This document shows, piece by piece, positions 55,507 through 64,000 of a stretch of 64,000 nt of DNA (positions are counted from its first letter, which is position 1; each line of letters starts with the position of its first letter). Location: positions 70,201 through 134,200 of the forward strand of contig SCTS01000006.1 in NCBI GenBank assembly GCA_004322365.1, in the 5' to 3' direction. Source of the DNA: Patescibacteria group bacterium (GTDB lineage Bacteria > Patescibacteriota > Minisyncoccia > Phycocordibacterales > Phycocordibacteraceae). The notes below the pieces were generated by a model. It was not told the origin of the DNA and did no database searches. It saw only the letters and a program-made list of their open reading frames with translations. The position numbers and the translations under genes are program-made.

Positions 55507-55629
55507 ATGGCAGAAGTAACTAGTTCAGAAAGAATGTTCGGTGCACGACTAGGGGGTCAGTCCTTAGAGGGTCGTAAAGGAGCAGCGCTTCTTGCTGAAT
55601 TTTTTGGACGCTCGCAGAAAGTTGGATAG
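55507..55629 (+). CDS. Small ORF 1 (40 aa) with a shared upstream motif
   Basis: MAEVTSSERMFGARLGGQSLEGRKGAALLAEFFGRSQKVG. It is preceded by TATATAGGTGAAAGGTCGAAATTTTAT. Confidence 0.3.
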   Translation: MAEVTSSERMFGARLGGQSLEGRKGAALLAEFFGRSQKVG

Positions 55630-55797
55630 CGACCGTACACACAACAAGCGAGTACACTCGCTTGTTGTGTGTACCTTATTCCCCATCTAGGGGAATTTTT
55701 TATTGCACAACAAAGTCGATTTTGTGCAACCTTTGCGTGAAAACTTGAGTTTTATAGATGAAAGGTCGATTTTTATCAGCCCTCATCTTTCACCCGT

Positions 55798-55953
55798 ATG
55801 GCATTTGAAAAAACAAAAATCATAGGAGTTGCTGCAGGTGCGGCAGGAGCAACCGGGGTGGTAGAGACCATAAAGCACCTAGGTGTAGAGGTTGGTGTGC
55901 ACGCGGTTGCTGGAGCTGGTCTGGAATTTGTAAAACACCTTATAAAACTTTAG
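55798..55953 (+). CDS. Small ORF 2 (51 aa), Gly/Ala/Val-rich
   Basis: MAFEKTKIIGVAAGAAGATGVVETIKHLGVEVGVHAVAGAGLEFVKHLIKL. It is preceded by TTTATAGATGAAAGGTCGATTTTTAT. Confidence 0.35.
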   Translation: MAFEKTKIIGVAAGAAGATGVVETIKHLGVEVGVHAVAGAGLEFVKHLIKL

Positions 55954-55997
55954 AGGTGTATATATCTGAAGAAGTGATTTCGTATACGAGTATTCTA

Positions 55998-56885
55998 TCA
56001 ATCCAACAACGCTTTGATTCTCTCTTCAACTGGAGGGTGAGTCATAAATAATTTAGTGACACCCTTCATTGCACCGGCGCCAAAAGGGTTCGCAATAAAG
56101 AGATGTGCTGTTGCTGTGTTTGCATTTCGCATTGGAGCACCATATGAACTAATTTTTTGTAACGCAGAAGCCAAACCTTCAGGATAGCGCGTGAGAAGTG
56201 CTCCTGATGCATCCGCTAAAAATTCGCGTTTGCGGGACACTGCCATCTTGATGAGTTGCGCTGCGATAGGAGCAAGGATTGCGGCAACAATACCTAAAAC
56301 AAGCATAATGACTCCTGCTTTGCTGTCGTTATCACGATTCCCTCCCCCAAAAAAAGACATACGGATAAACATGTCCGCAATAATCGCAATAAAGCCTGCG
56401 AGAACAACAGCGACCGTCATCACAAGCATGTCGCGATTTTTTATGTGACTCATTTCGTGAGCTATCACTCCTTCAAGTTCAGTCCGAGTCAGTATTGCCA
56501 AAAGCCCTGTCGTTGCACAAACCACCGCATGCTTTTCATTTCTACCAGTTGCAAATGCATTTGGCGCTGGGTCATTAATGACAAAAAGTTTTGGAAGCGG
56601 AAGACCTGCAGTGATAGCGAGGTTTTCAGCAACAGTATAAAAGTCAAAAAATTCCTCACGAGTGGCGGGGCGTGCGTGCGTCATTGAGAGAACAATTTTG
56701 TCAGAAAACCAGTAGCTCCCCACATTCATCACGAGTGCAAAGGCAACAGCAACATAGAGAATCGCCGAAGAGTTGTAGTACCAAGAAATCCCCCACCCAA
56801 TACCAATGACCACAATGAGAAACACTCCCATGAGAAGCCAAGTTTTTCGAATATTTGATGATTGATCTTGATAGAGGGTGGACAT
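55998..56885 (-). CDS. htpX: Zinc metalloprotease HtpX (M48)
   Basis: 295 aa with TM helices and an HEMSHIKNRD zinc motif. Confidence 0.85.
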   Translation of the reverse strand: MSTLYQDQSSNIRKTWLLMGVFLIVVIGIGWGISWYYNSSAILYVAVAFALVMNVGSYWFSDKIVLSMTHARPATREEFFDFYTVAENLAITAGLPLPKLFVINDPAPNAFATGRNEKHAVVCATTGLLAILTRTELEGVIAHEMSHIKNRDMLVMTVAVVLAGFIAIIADMFIRMSFFGGGNRDNDSKAGVIMLVLGIVAAILAPIAAQLIKMAVSRKREFLADASGALLTRYPEGLASALQKISSYGAPMRNANTATAHLFIANPFGAGAMKGVTKLFMTHPPVEERIKALLD

Positions 56886-56889
56886 ACTA

Positions 56890-56965
56890 ATTAGCTTACA
56901 GCTTTCAGGTTCTAGGTTCTAGCTTTCTGAAAAGCTGACAGCTGAAAGCCGGAAGCTGAAACCTG
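56890..56965. repeat. CTAG-rich quasi-palindromic repeat copy
   Basis: ACAGCTTTCAGGTTCTAGGTTCTAGCTTTCTGAAAAGCTGACAGCTGAAAGCCGGAAGCTGAAACCTG. Confidence 0.65.
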
Positions 56966-56969
56966 CTCT

Positions 56970-57530
56970 TTAGAATTTCACTGCGACAGGTTGTTTCGCA
57001 GCTTGTTCGCCTTCGGCGAGTTCAAAGAGTTCCATTTGTGTGAACTTGAATGCGCCCGCAATAAGGTTTCCCGGGAACTGCTCAATAGCAGTGTTCAAGC
57101 TCATTACATTTGTGTTGTAGAAACGACGAGATGCCATTACTTTATTTTCAGTGTCCGAAAGCTCACGCTGTAACTCCAAAAAGTTTTGGTTTGCTTTCAA
57201 GTCTGGGTACGCTTCTGCAATTGCAAAGATACTCTTCAATGCTCCTGTGAGCATGTTTTCTGCCTGTGCATGATCAGCAACAGATGAAGCGCCCATAGCG
57301 GTAGCGCGTGCATTCGAAACATTTTCAAATGCCTGCTTTTCATGAGCTGCATAGCCCTTTACTGTTTCAATAAGGTTTGGGATGAGGTCGTAGCGACGCT
57401 TCATCTGCACCTCAATGTCAGACCACGCTTCTTTTGCTCGGTTTCTCAAACTAATAAAGCCGTTATATGCGGCAACAAGCCATGCAAGAACGACAGCGAC
57501 TACTGTAAGAACAATATATAGAATATTCAT
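56970..57530 (-). CDS. lemA: LemA-family protein
   Basis: N-terminal TM helix, then a LemA domain (RYDLIPNLIETVKGYAAHE...AEAYPDLKAN). It is adjacent to htpX, as is typical. Confidence 0.8.
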   Translation of the reverse strand: MNILYIVLTVVAVVLAWLVAAYNGFISLRNRAKEAWSDIEVQMKRRYDLIPNLIETVKGYAAHEKQAFENVSNARATAMGASSVADHAQAENMLTGALKSIFAIAEAYPDLKANQNFLELQRELSDTENKVMASRRFYNTNVMSLNTAIEQFPGNLIAGAFKFTQMELFELAEGEQAAKQPVAVKF

Positions 57531-57562
57531 ATTCCTTCTAGTATAGCAGATTTTCAGTTTTG

Positions 57563-57721
57563 CTACTCGTATGCTCCTGATGTTTGATTCCTGCGCCATT
57601 CGCGAAGAATGGCCGCCCATCCATCCCTAATGCATTTAGCCGCACCCTTGAAACTGCCTCTGAGTCCACGAGCCTCATGTCGATCTTTTGGATAATGGTC
57701 TTCAAACTTTCTGTGAGACAT
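57563..57721 (-). CDS. Small hydrophilic hypothetical protein (52 aa)
   Basis: MSHRKFEDHYPKDRHEARGLRGSFKGAAKCIRDGWAAILREWRRNQTSGAYE. Confidence 0.3.
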   Translation of the reverse strand: MSHRKFEDHYPKDRHEARGLRGSFKGAAKCIRDGWAAILREWRRNQTSGAYE

Positions 57722-57805
57722 GATTTCGATACTATGACAATAAATAAAATCTTTAATACAAAAAAACACTACCTCAGAGCTGAGAAGCTAACAACGAGTG
57801 CTAAA

Positions 57806-57964
57806 TCATTCCCAACGGTCAAAATTTTCGCCGTGTGGATTTCCTGGATGCGGTTCACGGTCAGCAGATGGATGCTCCTGATTACCAGCCGACTCTTGTT
57901 TGTCATTTCTCGGATCCACTTTCTCTGACTTAGGAGATCTATCCAATGCTTCTGATTTCGCCAT
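57806..57964 (-). CDS. Small hydrophilic hypothetical protein (52 aa)
   Basis: MAKSEALDRSPKSEKVDPRNDKQESAGNQEHPSADREPHPGNPHGENFDRWE. Preferred over the antisense 57584-57928 ORF. Confidence 0.3.
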   Translation of the reverse strand: MAKSEALDRSPKSEKVDPRNDKQESAGNQEHPSADREPHPGNPHGENFDRWE

Positions 57965-58080
57965 ACTTTTCAAAATAAAATATAAAAAATTATTCTAGGA
58001 TAATAATCCCAAAAGTTAGATTTGTCAAGAGCGGACAGGCACTTTCAACCTCCAACCGCCGGCTTATGCTACCGGTATAT

Positions 58081-58147
58081 GTTCTGAAAATTACCGCATG
58101 GTAATTTTCAGAACATTCAAAACTATACGATATATCGTATAGTTTTA
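58081..58147. repeat. Two adjacent long palindromes downstream of the groEL terminator
   Basis: GTTCTGAAAATTACC-GCATG-GTAATTTTCAGAAC at 58081-58114 and AAAACTATACGATATATCGTATAGTTTT at 58120-58147, a perfect 28-mer. Confidence 0.8.
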
Positions 58148-58155
58148 TACCATTA

Positions 58156-58183
58156 AAAATCCCGGCAAATGCCGGGATTTTTA
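58156..58183 (-). terminator. Rho-independent terminator after groEL
   Basis: AAAAATCCCGGCAAATGCCGGGATTTTT. Confidence 0.85.
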
Positions 58184-58222
58184 AAAATGAATTAATTTTC
58201 TTACCTAAACGCTAACCACTAG

Positions 58223-59863
58223 CTAGTAGTCCATTCCGCCTCCAGGTGCACCACCCATTTCTTTCTTTTCTTCAGACTCCTCCGCGATAGCAACTTCAGT
58301 AGTAAGAAGAATAGCTGCTGCGGAAACTGCATGCTCGAGTCCTCCTCGGGTTACTTTCACTGGATCAATGATTCCAGCAACCATCATATCGGGAACAATT
58401 TCATCTTTGACTGCATCGTATCCAGCAAAACCTTTTGCCTTCTTTACTGCCTCAACAATAACTTCCCCGCTTTCTTTACCTGCATTCATTGCAATCTGTT
58501 TAAGAGGTTTCAAAAGAGCCGAAAGAACGATGCGGAAACCAATCTCTTCTTCCTTCGACATACTCTTCCAGTCCGCATCTGCTTCAGCTTTTGCTGCTGC
58601 CTTCACGAGAGCAGTACCACCTCCAGGAACAATACCTTCAGCAATGGCAGCTTTCGTAGCATTCACCGCATCCTCAATTTTATCTTTCAAATACCTCATT
58701 TCGGTTTCTGTTGCTGCACCAACACGAATGACTGCAACACCTCCTGACAACTTTGCAATGCGCTCTTCAATTTTTTCTTTATCGAACTTAGAAGTAATTG
58801 CTTCAAGTTGCTTCTTCAAAGATGCAACACGTGCGTCAATTACAGACTTCTTTCCTTTTCCACCAACAATAATTGTTGAGTCTTTTGTTGCAATAACTTT
58901 CTGTGCACGTCCAAGAACGGAAATATCCACCTTGTCTAAGGTCATACCTGTTTCTTCAGAAACAACAGTAGTGCCGATTGTCGAAGCGATGTCAGCAAGC
59001 ATGTCTTTCTTTCTATCGCCGTACCCTGGGGCTTTTACTGCGAGCACACTGAAAGCTCCGCGAAGTTTGTTCACCACAAATGTTGTGAGTGCTTCCCCTT
59101 CTACATCGTCTGCAATAATGACGAGCTCTTTCTTGCCTGTCTTTGCGATAGCCTCAAGTATTGGAAGAATCTCTTGAATTGAAGCGATTTTTTTATCAGT
59201 GACGAGAATTGGTGCATCACGATATTCCGCTTCCATTCTTTCAGGATTCGTAATCATGTAGTGCGAAACATATCCGCGATCAAACTCCATGCCCTCTACA
59301 ACTTCTTTTTCAATACCAAACGACTGCGACTCTTCAACCGTCACCACGCCATTTTGACCAACCTCTTTTATTACCTCACCAATTGTTTTACCAATGTCCT
59401 CAGACTCTGCTGAGATAGTTGCCACCTGCTTGATGACTTTATTGTCTCCTGCGACTGGCTTTGCCATTGATTTGAGTGCTTTCACCGCAGCTTCTGCAGC
59501 GTGCTCCATACCAGTGCGAATGCCCATGGCATTCAAGCCCATCGCTGTGTGCTTCATACCTTCATCAACAAGTGCCTGAAACAAAACAACTGAAGTGGTG
59601 GTGCCATCGCCCGCCATATCATTAGTCTTACTTGCAACTTCTTTCACCAACTCAGCACCCATGTTTTGGAATTTGTCTTTGAGGGTGATTTCTTTTGCGA
59701 TAGTCACACCGTCGTTCGTCATGTGTGGTCCACCGTAGCCTTTATCGAGAATGACATTGCGTCCTCGAGGCCCAAGCGTAACCTTTACTGCCCGCGCAAC
59801 AATATCAATACCAGTCTTTACTGCATTTCGTGCGTCTGCTTCAAAAAGAATTTTTTTTGCCAT
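58223..59863 (-). CDS. groL: Chaperonin GroEL
   Basis: 546 aa. AKKILFEADARNAVKTGID ... GDGTTT ... C-terminal GGM-like tail. Confidence 0.95.
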   Translation of the reverse strand: MAKKILFEADARNAVKTGIDIVARAVKVTLGPRGRNVILDKGYGGPHMTNDGVTIAKEITLKDKFQNMGAELVKEVASKTNDMAGDGTTTSVVLFQALVDEGMKHTAMGLNAMGIRTGMEHAAEAAVKALKSMAKPVAGDNKVIKQVATISAESEDIGKTIGEVIKEVGQNGVVTVEESQSFGIEKEVVEGMEFDRGYVSHYMITNPERMEAEYRDAPILVTDKKIASIQEILPILEAIAKTGKKELVIIADDVEGEALTTFVVNKLRGAFSVLAVKAPGYGDRKKDMLADIASTIGTTVVSEETGMTLDKVDISVLGRAQKVIATKDSTIIVGGKGKKSVIDARVASLKKQLEAITSKFDKEKIEERIAKLSGGVAVIRVGAATETEMRYLKDKIEDAVNATKAAIAEGIVPGGGTALVKAAAKAEADADWKSMSKEEEIGFRIVLSALLKPLKQIAMNAGKESGEVIVEAVKKAKGFAGYDAVKDEIVPDMMVAGIIDPVKVTRGGLEHAVSAAAILLTTEVAIAEESEEKKEMGGAPGGGMDY

Positions 59864-60000
59864 GATTAGTTTTTGTTAGTGAGTGATAACGAGCTTAGAA
59901 AAACTTTCACCCTGCTAAATCCCCGTCTCGGGGACGCTTGCTCTGCAAGCGTATTTAACAGGGTCTAAGAAATTCTAATTCACCTTGTTCATAATAATTT

Positions 60001-60357
60001 CTAAGAAAGGACGGCGAGGATGTCTGATTCGTTCACAATAAAATATTCAACACCGTTCACTTTTACTTCACTGTAGCCATACTTTGAGAACATTACCTTG
60101 TCTCCAATTTTTACTGATACTGGAATTCGTTTTTCACCGTCTTCATCCCATTTACCAGGACCTACTGCAACAACTTTCCCTTGTTCAGGTTTTTCCTTTG
60201 CTGTATCAGGAATAATGATACCCGAAAGTGTCCGCGACCCAGCCTCCTCGGCTGAAAGTGGTTTGATTACTACTCTGTCACTCAAAGGGCGAATAGATAC
60301 TCCTGTGTTCGTTTGAACACTAGTTTTTGTAGACGAAGTCTTTTTCGTTTTAGCCAT
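60001..60357 (-). CDS. groS: Co-chaperonin GroES
   Basis: [12 protein letters not shown] ... GKVVAVGPG ... [16 protein letters not shown]. Confidence 0.9.
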   Translation of the reverse strand: MAKTKKTSSTKTSVQTNTGVSIRPLSDRVVIKPLSAEEAGSRTLSGIIIPDTAKEKPEQGKVVAVGPGKWDEDGEKRIPVSVKIGDKVMFSKYGYSEVKVNGVEYFIVNESDILAVLS

Positions 60358-60383
60358 ATCTGATATCAATTCGTTAGAACTAA

Positions 60384-60410
60384 AGACATGGGTATATACC
60401 CATGATGTCT
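60384..60410. promoter_or_regulatory. Palindromic operator-like element upstream of groES (not canonical CIRCE)
   Basis: AGACATGGGTATATACCCATGATGTCT contains the perfect palindrome CATGGGTATATACCCATG. It lies 27-53 nt upstream of the groES start. Confidence 0.4.
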
Positions 60411-60540
60411 GGTTAGTATAAGGAAACGCCTTTGTACAGTCAATAAAATGGGGGTCACGCTTTACCTATTCCTCTAACGGCTCATCAACAGGAGTATTGC
60501 CTCTTTTTCAATGGCCGTGGTATCCTAGCGAACAGGCACT

Positions 60541-60771
60541 ATGGCTCTCATTCACAGTCTCCTTCCAGGAGCACAAGTCATTCTCTCAATCCTCCTTATA
60601 GGAGCAATCCTTCTCCAACAGCGTGGAGCTGGCTTGGGAGGTGCCTTTGGCGACAGTACACAAGAAAGTTTCTACACCAGACGCGGAGCAGAGCTGTTCC
60701 TTTTCCGAAGCTCAATCGTTCTTGCGGTGTTATTTGCTCTCTCGGCACTACTTGCGCTGATTACGGCTTAG
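60541..60771 (+). CDS. secG: Preprotein translocase subunit SecG
   Basis: 76 aa with two TM helices and a Gly-rich loop (QQRGAGLGGAFG). Confidence 0.7.
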   Translation: MALIHSLLPGAQVILSILLIGAILLQQRGAGLGGAFGDSTQESFYTRRGAELFLFRSSIVLAVLFALSALLALITA

Positions 60772-60824
60772 TAATTCAAAATCGCCCGTCAATATAAGAC
60801 GCGATTCGTTCTCATTCCATACAA

Positions 60825-62573
60825 ATGGCATCACTACGAGCATTTCTTCGTGCATTTCTCAAAAATCGAACAACCCGTTCGCTTCAGAAACTTGAGGCAG
60901 TATCAGTTGTTCTAAAGCCATCTGATTGGTTGGTTATTGGGTTTTTCGGTGTGCTTATGGCCTTCAGTACGGCATCAATGCTCGCCTCCATCTCTTTAGC
61001 GCTCGCCGTTGAAGTACCCGCACGAGGTGGCACCTACACAGAAGGACTTGCTGAGTCACCTCGGTTTATCAACCCATTGTTAGCTATTTCTGATACTGAC
61101 CGAGATCTCACGGTATTAGTATTTTCAGGCTTACTCCGTGCAAAACAAGACGGGTCACTCGCGCCTGACCTAGCGGAGTCATACACAATAAGCGATGACC
61201 AACTAACCTATACATTTACACTAAACGACCGTGCCCGTTTCCATGACGGAACTCCTGTGACTGCCGAAGATGTTGCATTTACTGTAGAGGCAGCAGGAAA
61301 TCCCAATATTAAAAGTCCGCGCCAAGCAGATTGGGAGGGTGTGAGCATAACAGTTGTTAATCCAAAAACAATTTCATTTACACTTAAAAGCCCCTACGCA
61401 CCCTTCTTGGAAAATATGACACTGGGTATTTTGCCAAAACATATCTGGAAAAATGTAACTCCGGAAGAATTTCCATTCAGTACGATAAATGCAAACCCTA
61501 TAGGGTCTGGGCCATATAAAGTGACCGATCTGAAACGCAACAGTTCTGGCATTCCAACTGAATATCGTTTTACTGGCGTTTCGGAAGGCACAAGAATTCC
61601 CTACATACAGCAATTTATTTTCAAAATATATGCAAATGGAGACGACTTGAAAAATGCTCTCAACAAAGGCGAAGTTGATGGAGCTCATTCTATCCTTACA
61701 ACAAACCTTGTTGGTGCACACGCAATAAACGAAGCGGTACTGGGACGAGTGTTTAGTGTATTCTTCAATCAAAGTCAAAATAAGATTTTCGCTGAGACAG
61801 CAGTTAGGAAGGCATTGAACACAGCAGTTGACAAAGACGCTCTAGTGAGTACAGTGCTTCGAGGTCACGGTTCCGTCATCGACGGGCCACTCCCTCCTGA
61901 TTCTATTGGGAATATTGTGAAAGATCAGCGATCTTCCGATACTCGAGTGGCAGAAGCGCAAGCAATTCTTGTAAAAGCTGGTTGGAAAGCTGGGGAAGAC
62001 GGTATTTTTATAAAAACAGTCGGAAGTGGGAAAAAGAAAGAAGTCCAAAGACTTTCCTTCTCGCTTTCAACCTCGAATGTACCTGAATTGAAGCGAACGG
62101 CAGAGCTCGTTGCGGAAGACTGGAAAAAGATTGGTGCTGAAGTAGAATTGAAGTTCTTTGATCAAAATGATTTGAATGTTGGAGTTATTCGTCCACGCAA
62201 ATACGATGCCCTACTGTTCGGTCTAGTTGTGGGGCGAGACTTGGATCTTTTTGCCTTCTGGCACTCAAGTCAGCGTAACGACCCAGGTCTTAATATTGCA
62301 CTCTATGCTAATGTTGAGGCAGACAAGAAGCTCACTGCACTACGCACATTAGCTGACCCTTCGCTTCGACTAGAAAGAGCTCGCTCAATTGCTAAAGACA
62401 TAACCAATGATACCGCTGCCGTTTTCTTATACACACCATACTTCGTGTATGTAACACCAAAAAATCTCGGAGGTATGACATTAGGAACCATTGCAAATCC
62501 GAGTGACCGATTCAACACTGCAGACAATTGGTATCTTAAAACCGAACGAATCTGGCCAATTTTCAGAAAATAA
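60825..62573 (+). CDS. ABC transporter substrate-binding protein, family 5 (peptide/nickel type), membrane-anchored
   Basis: 582 aa with an N-terminal TM helix and an SBP_bac_5-like domain (GGTYTEGL ... ESYTISDDQLTYTFTLNDRARFHDGTPVTAEDVAFT). Confidence 0.7.
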   Translation: MASLRAFLRAFLKNRTTRSLQKLEAVSVVLKPSDWLVIGFFGVLMAFSTASMLASISLALAVEVPARGGTYTEGLAESPRFINPLLAISDTDRDLTVLVFSGLLRAKQDGSLAPDLAESYTISDDQLTYTFTLNDRARFHDGTPVTAEDVAFTVEAAGNPNIKSPRQADWEGVSITVVNPKTISFTLKSPYAPFLENMTLGILPKHIWKNVTPEEFPFSTINANPIGSGPYKVTDLKRNSSGIPTEYRFTGVSEGTRIPYIQQFIFKIYANGDDLKNALNKGEVDGAHSILTTNLVGAHAINEAVLGRVFSVFFNQSQNKIFAETAVRKALNTAVDKDALVSTVLRGHGSVIDGPLPPDSIGNIVKDQRSSDTRVAEAQAILVKAGWKAGEDGIFIKTVGSGKKKEVQRLSFSLSTSNVPELKRTAELVAEDWKKIGAEVELKFFDQNDLNVGVIRPRKYDALLFGLVVGRDLDLFAFWHSSQRNDPGLNIALYANVEADKKLTALRTLADPSLRLERARSIAKDITNDTAAVFLYTPYFVYVTPKNLGGMTLGTIANPSDRFNTADNWYLKTERIWPIFRK

Positions 62574-62659
62574 TATCACCGTATTAAAAAAGGAAACACA
62601 AAAATCATCTTCAAAAAAAATTATTTAAAAAATTAAAATAGTAAACACACTTAAAACAC

Positions 62660-64000
62660 ATGAACACTCCATCTAGAGGTCCAAACCCACAGTCAAGAGA
62701 TAGACCGCGCCCTACTCAAAATACTCGTACTGGCCGAGCGCGTCCATTTAATGCACTCCCTGGAAGAGGGATGGGGCAACCCGCACGACCAAGCGCTCCG
62801 ACTTCGGGAAGACAAGGGCCATCACGCGGACCAAGACGGCCTCAAGGTGCTCCAGGTAATGGACCACGCCGGCACGCTCGACCTCGTTCAAATAACCGCC
62901 CAATGCGTGCAACTCCCCCACCAAGAGAGCCTTCAGTTCGCGACATGAACGCAGTCGACCGCGTTGTACTTCCCCCATTAAATGAAGACACGGTTCGCAT
63001 TATGCCAATTGGTGGTGTTGAAGAAGTGGGTCGCAACATGATGATTTTTGAATTGCCACAAGGCATAATTATTTCAGATGTTGGATTTCAATTCGTTTCA
63101 GAAGAGGCAACCCCCGGCGTCGACTACATACTTCCAAACACTCGCTACCTTGAAGAAAACAAAGATCGCATCTTAGGTATTTTCATAACACACGGACACC
63201 TCGACCACATTGGCGGTATTCCCTACATCATTGACCGTATTGGTAATCCACCAATCTATACGCAGTACCTTACGTCCTTGATGATTAAGCGTCGACAGGA
63301 AGAATTTCCACATATTGCCGACATTGATGTTCGAGTCATCGAGCCCGGTGGACGCGTTTCAGTGAGTTTGCCTGGAGGAGATCCAGTCATAGTAAAAACA
63401 TTCCCTGTTACCCATTCCATTCCAGACGCTATGGGCCTTTCAATCCAAACCAAGCACGGAAACATCGTGATTTCTGGGGACTTACGATTGGAACATGAAG
63501 ACGGCATACCAACCCCGAAGGAAGAAAAACACTGGGGTGCGCTCGGAAAAGATAAAAATCTTATATTCATCGCTGACTCTACAAATGCTGAGCGAGATGG
63601 TTTCTCAATTCCTGAATCGCGCGTCTATACAACCCTTGAAGACATCATTAAGTCAGTGAAGGGACGCCTCATCATCGGAACATTCTCGTCCCAGTTTGAG
63701 CGCATGATTCACATCATCAAGGTTTCTGAAAACCTTGGTAAGAAAATAATTACTGAAGGTAGATCTATCAAGACAAACATTGAAATCGCTCAGCGTGCAA
63801 ATATCTTTACCCCAAAGCCAGGCACCATGATTCGTGCTGAAGACATTAATGACTACCCAGCAGACCGTATCGTCATTATTGCTACAGGCTCACAAGGTGA
63901 GGACACCGCAGCTCTGATGCGTATCGCTACAAAAAAACACAAGAACATTGCCTTCACTGATCGCGATACCATAATTCTTTCTTCATCAGTTATTCCTGGT
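62660..64000 (+). CDS. rnj: Ribonuclease J (beta-CASP MBL family), 3' partial, with an R/P-rich disordered N-terminal extension
   Basis: About 100 aa of R/P/G-rich low complexity, then VRIMPIGGVEEVGRNMMIFE, ITHGHLDHIGG (MBL motif II) and beta-CASP motifs. There is no stop within the window. Confidence 0.8.
   Translation, partial: MNTPSRGPNPQSRDRPRPTQNTRTGRARPFNALPGRGMGQPARPSAPTSGRQGPSRGPRRPQGAPGNGPRRHARPRSNNRPMRATPPPREPSVRDMNAVDRVVLPPLNEDTVRIMPIGGVEEVGRNMMIFELPQGIIISDVGFQFVSEEATPGVDYILPNTRYLEENKDRILGIFITHGHLDHIGGIPYIIDRIGNPPIYTQYLTSLMIKRRQEEFPHIADIDVRVIEPGGRVSVSLPGGDPVIVKTFPVTHSIPDAMGLSIQTKHGNIVISGDLRLEHEDGIPTPKEEKHWGALGKDKNLIFIADSTNAERDGFSIPESRVYTTLEDIIKSVKGRLIIGTFSSQFERMIHIIKVSENLGKKIITEGRSIKTNIEIAQRANIFTPKPGTMIRAEDINDYPADRIVIIATGSQGEDTAALMRIATKKHKNIAFTDRDTIILSSSVIPG

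Noticed and set aside
57584-57928. 114-aa plus-strand ORF
   Set aside because: Its composition is unconvincing. Two minus-strand 52-aa hydrophilic ORFs fit the local gene orientation better, though they are themselves low confidence.
59864-60000. 137-nt groES-groEL spacer with twin hairpins as an attenuator
   Set aside because: The hairpins (CCCCG-TCT-CGGGG and ACGCTTGC-TCT-GCAAGCGT) are short and lack a T-run. This is a plausible but weak structure and is not reported as a feature.
60370-60420. CIRCE/HrcA operator upstream of groES
   Set aside because: TTAGAACT...GGTTAGTA does not match the CIRCE consensus TTAGCACTC-N9-GAGTGCTAA. It is reported only as a generic palindrome.
1-64000. CRISPR array, cas genes, transposases or integrases
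   Set aside because: No spacer-interleaved direct repeats were found. The repeat families here are irregular intergenic hairpins. No ORF resembles a Cas protein, transposase or tyrosine/serine recombinase.

Overview
The window is 64 kb of a compact, gene-dense bacterial chromosome with roughly 47% GC. It is almost entirely housekeeping genes, often in reduced forms: a four-domain ribosomal protein S1, a 508-aa IF-2, and a 721-aa ValRS. There is no obvious biosynthetic capacity, but several small secreted two-helix proteins. This gene content is what I would expect from a Candidate Phyla Radiation / Patescibacteria-type organism; that assignment is an inference, not a measurement.

Recognisable genes include clpC/clpB (5' partial), iscS, infB-rbfA, gyrA, rpsA, pth, lepB, rpsU, ybeY, ftsA-ftsZ, trxB, a PfkB kinase, ahcY, alkA-like, yhhQ, tsaC, tsaD, orn, an MsbA-like ABC exporter, valS, prsW, hsp20, cupin-type PGI, a glutaredoxin, lepA, murJ, an O-antigen-ligase/TPR protein, an ECF sigma factor, VKOR, htpX-lemA, groES-groEL, secG, two ABC substrate-binding proteins and rnj (3' partial). 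RNA genes are 11 tRNAs and RNase P RNA on the minus strand. The tRNAs are Cys-GCA, Leu-TAA, Lys-CTT, Leu-TAG, Ser-CGA, Glu-TTC, Val-GAC, Phe-GAA, Arg-CCT, Gly-CCC and Ser-GGA.

The regions most worth a second look are these:
- **tRNA island (about 5.47-8.36 kb).** Four tRNAs, tRNA-derived fragment repeats, a membrane methyltransferase and a solitary HNH-like protein. It abuts a tandem array of five paralogous small pilin-like proteins, possibly TrbC/VirB2-type, at 8.38-10.40 kb.
- **tRNA end copies.** Every tRNA examined has a copy of its own 3' or 5' end nearby: inverted downstream, direct upstream.
- **CTAG-rich repeats.** A family of quasi-palindromic intergenic repeats built from AGGTTCTAG-type words occurs at 10 or more gene boundaries.
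- **Degenerate homologues.** A HisRS-like paralog and an HtrA-like protease both appear to have lost catalytic motifs, and a kinase-fold gene is truncated.
- **Paired small ORFs.** A locus near 55.5 kb carries two small ORFs that share an upstream motif.

No CRISPR array, transposase or integrase was found.
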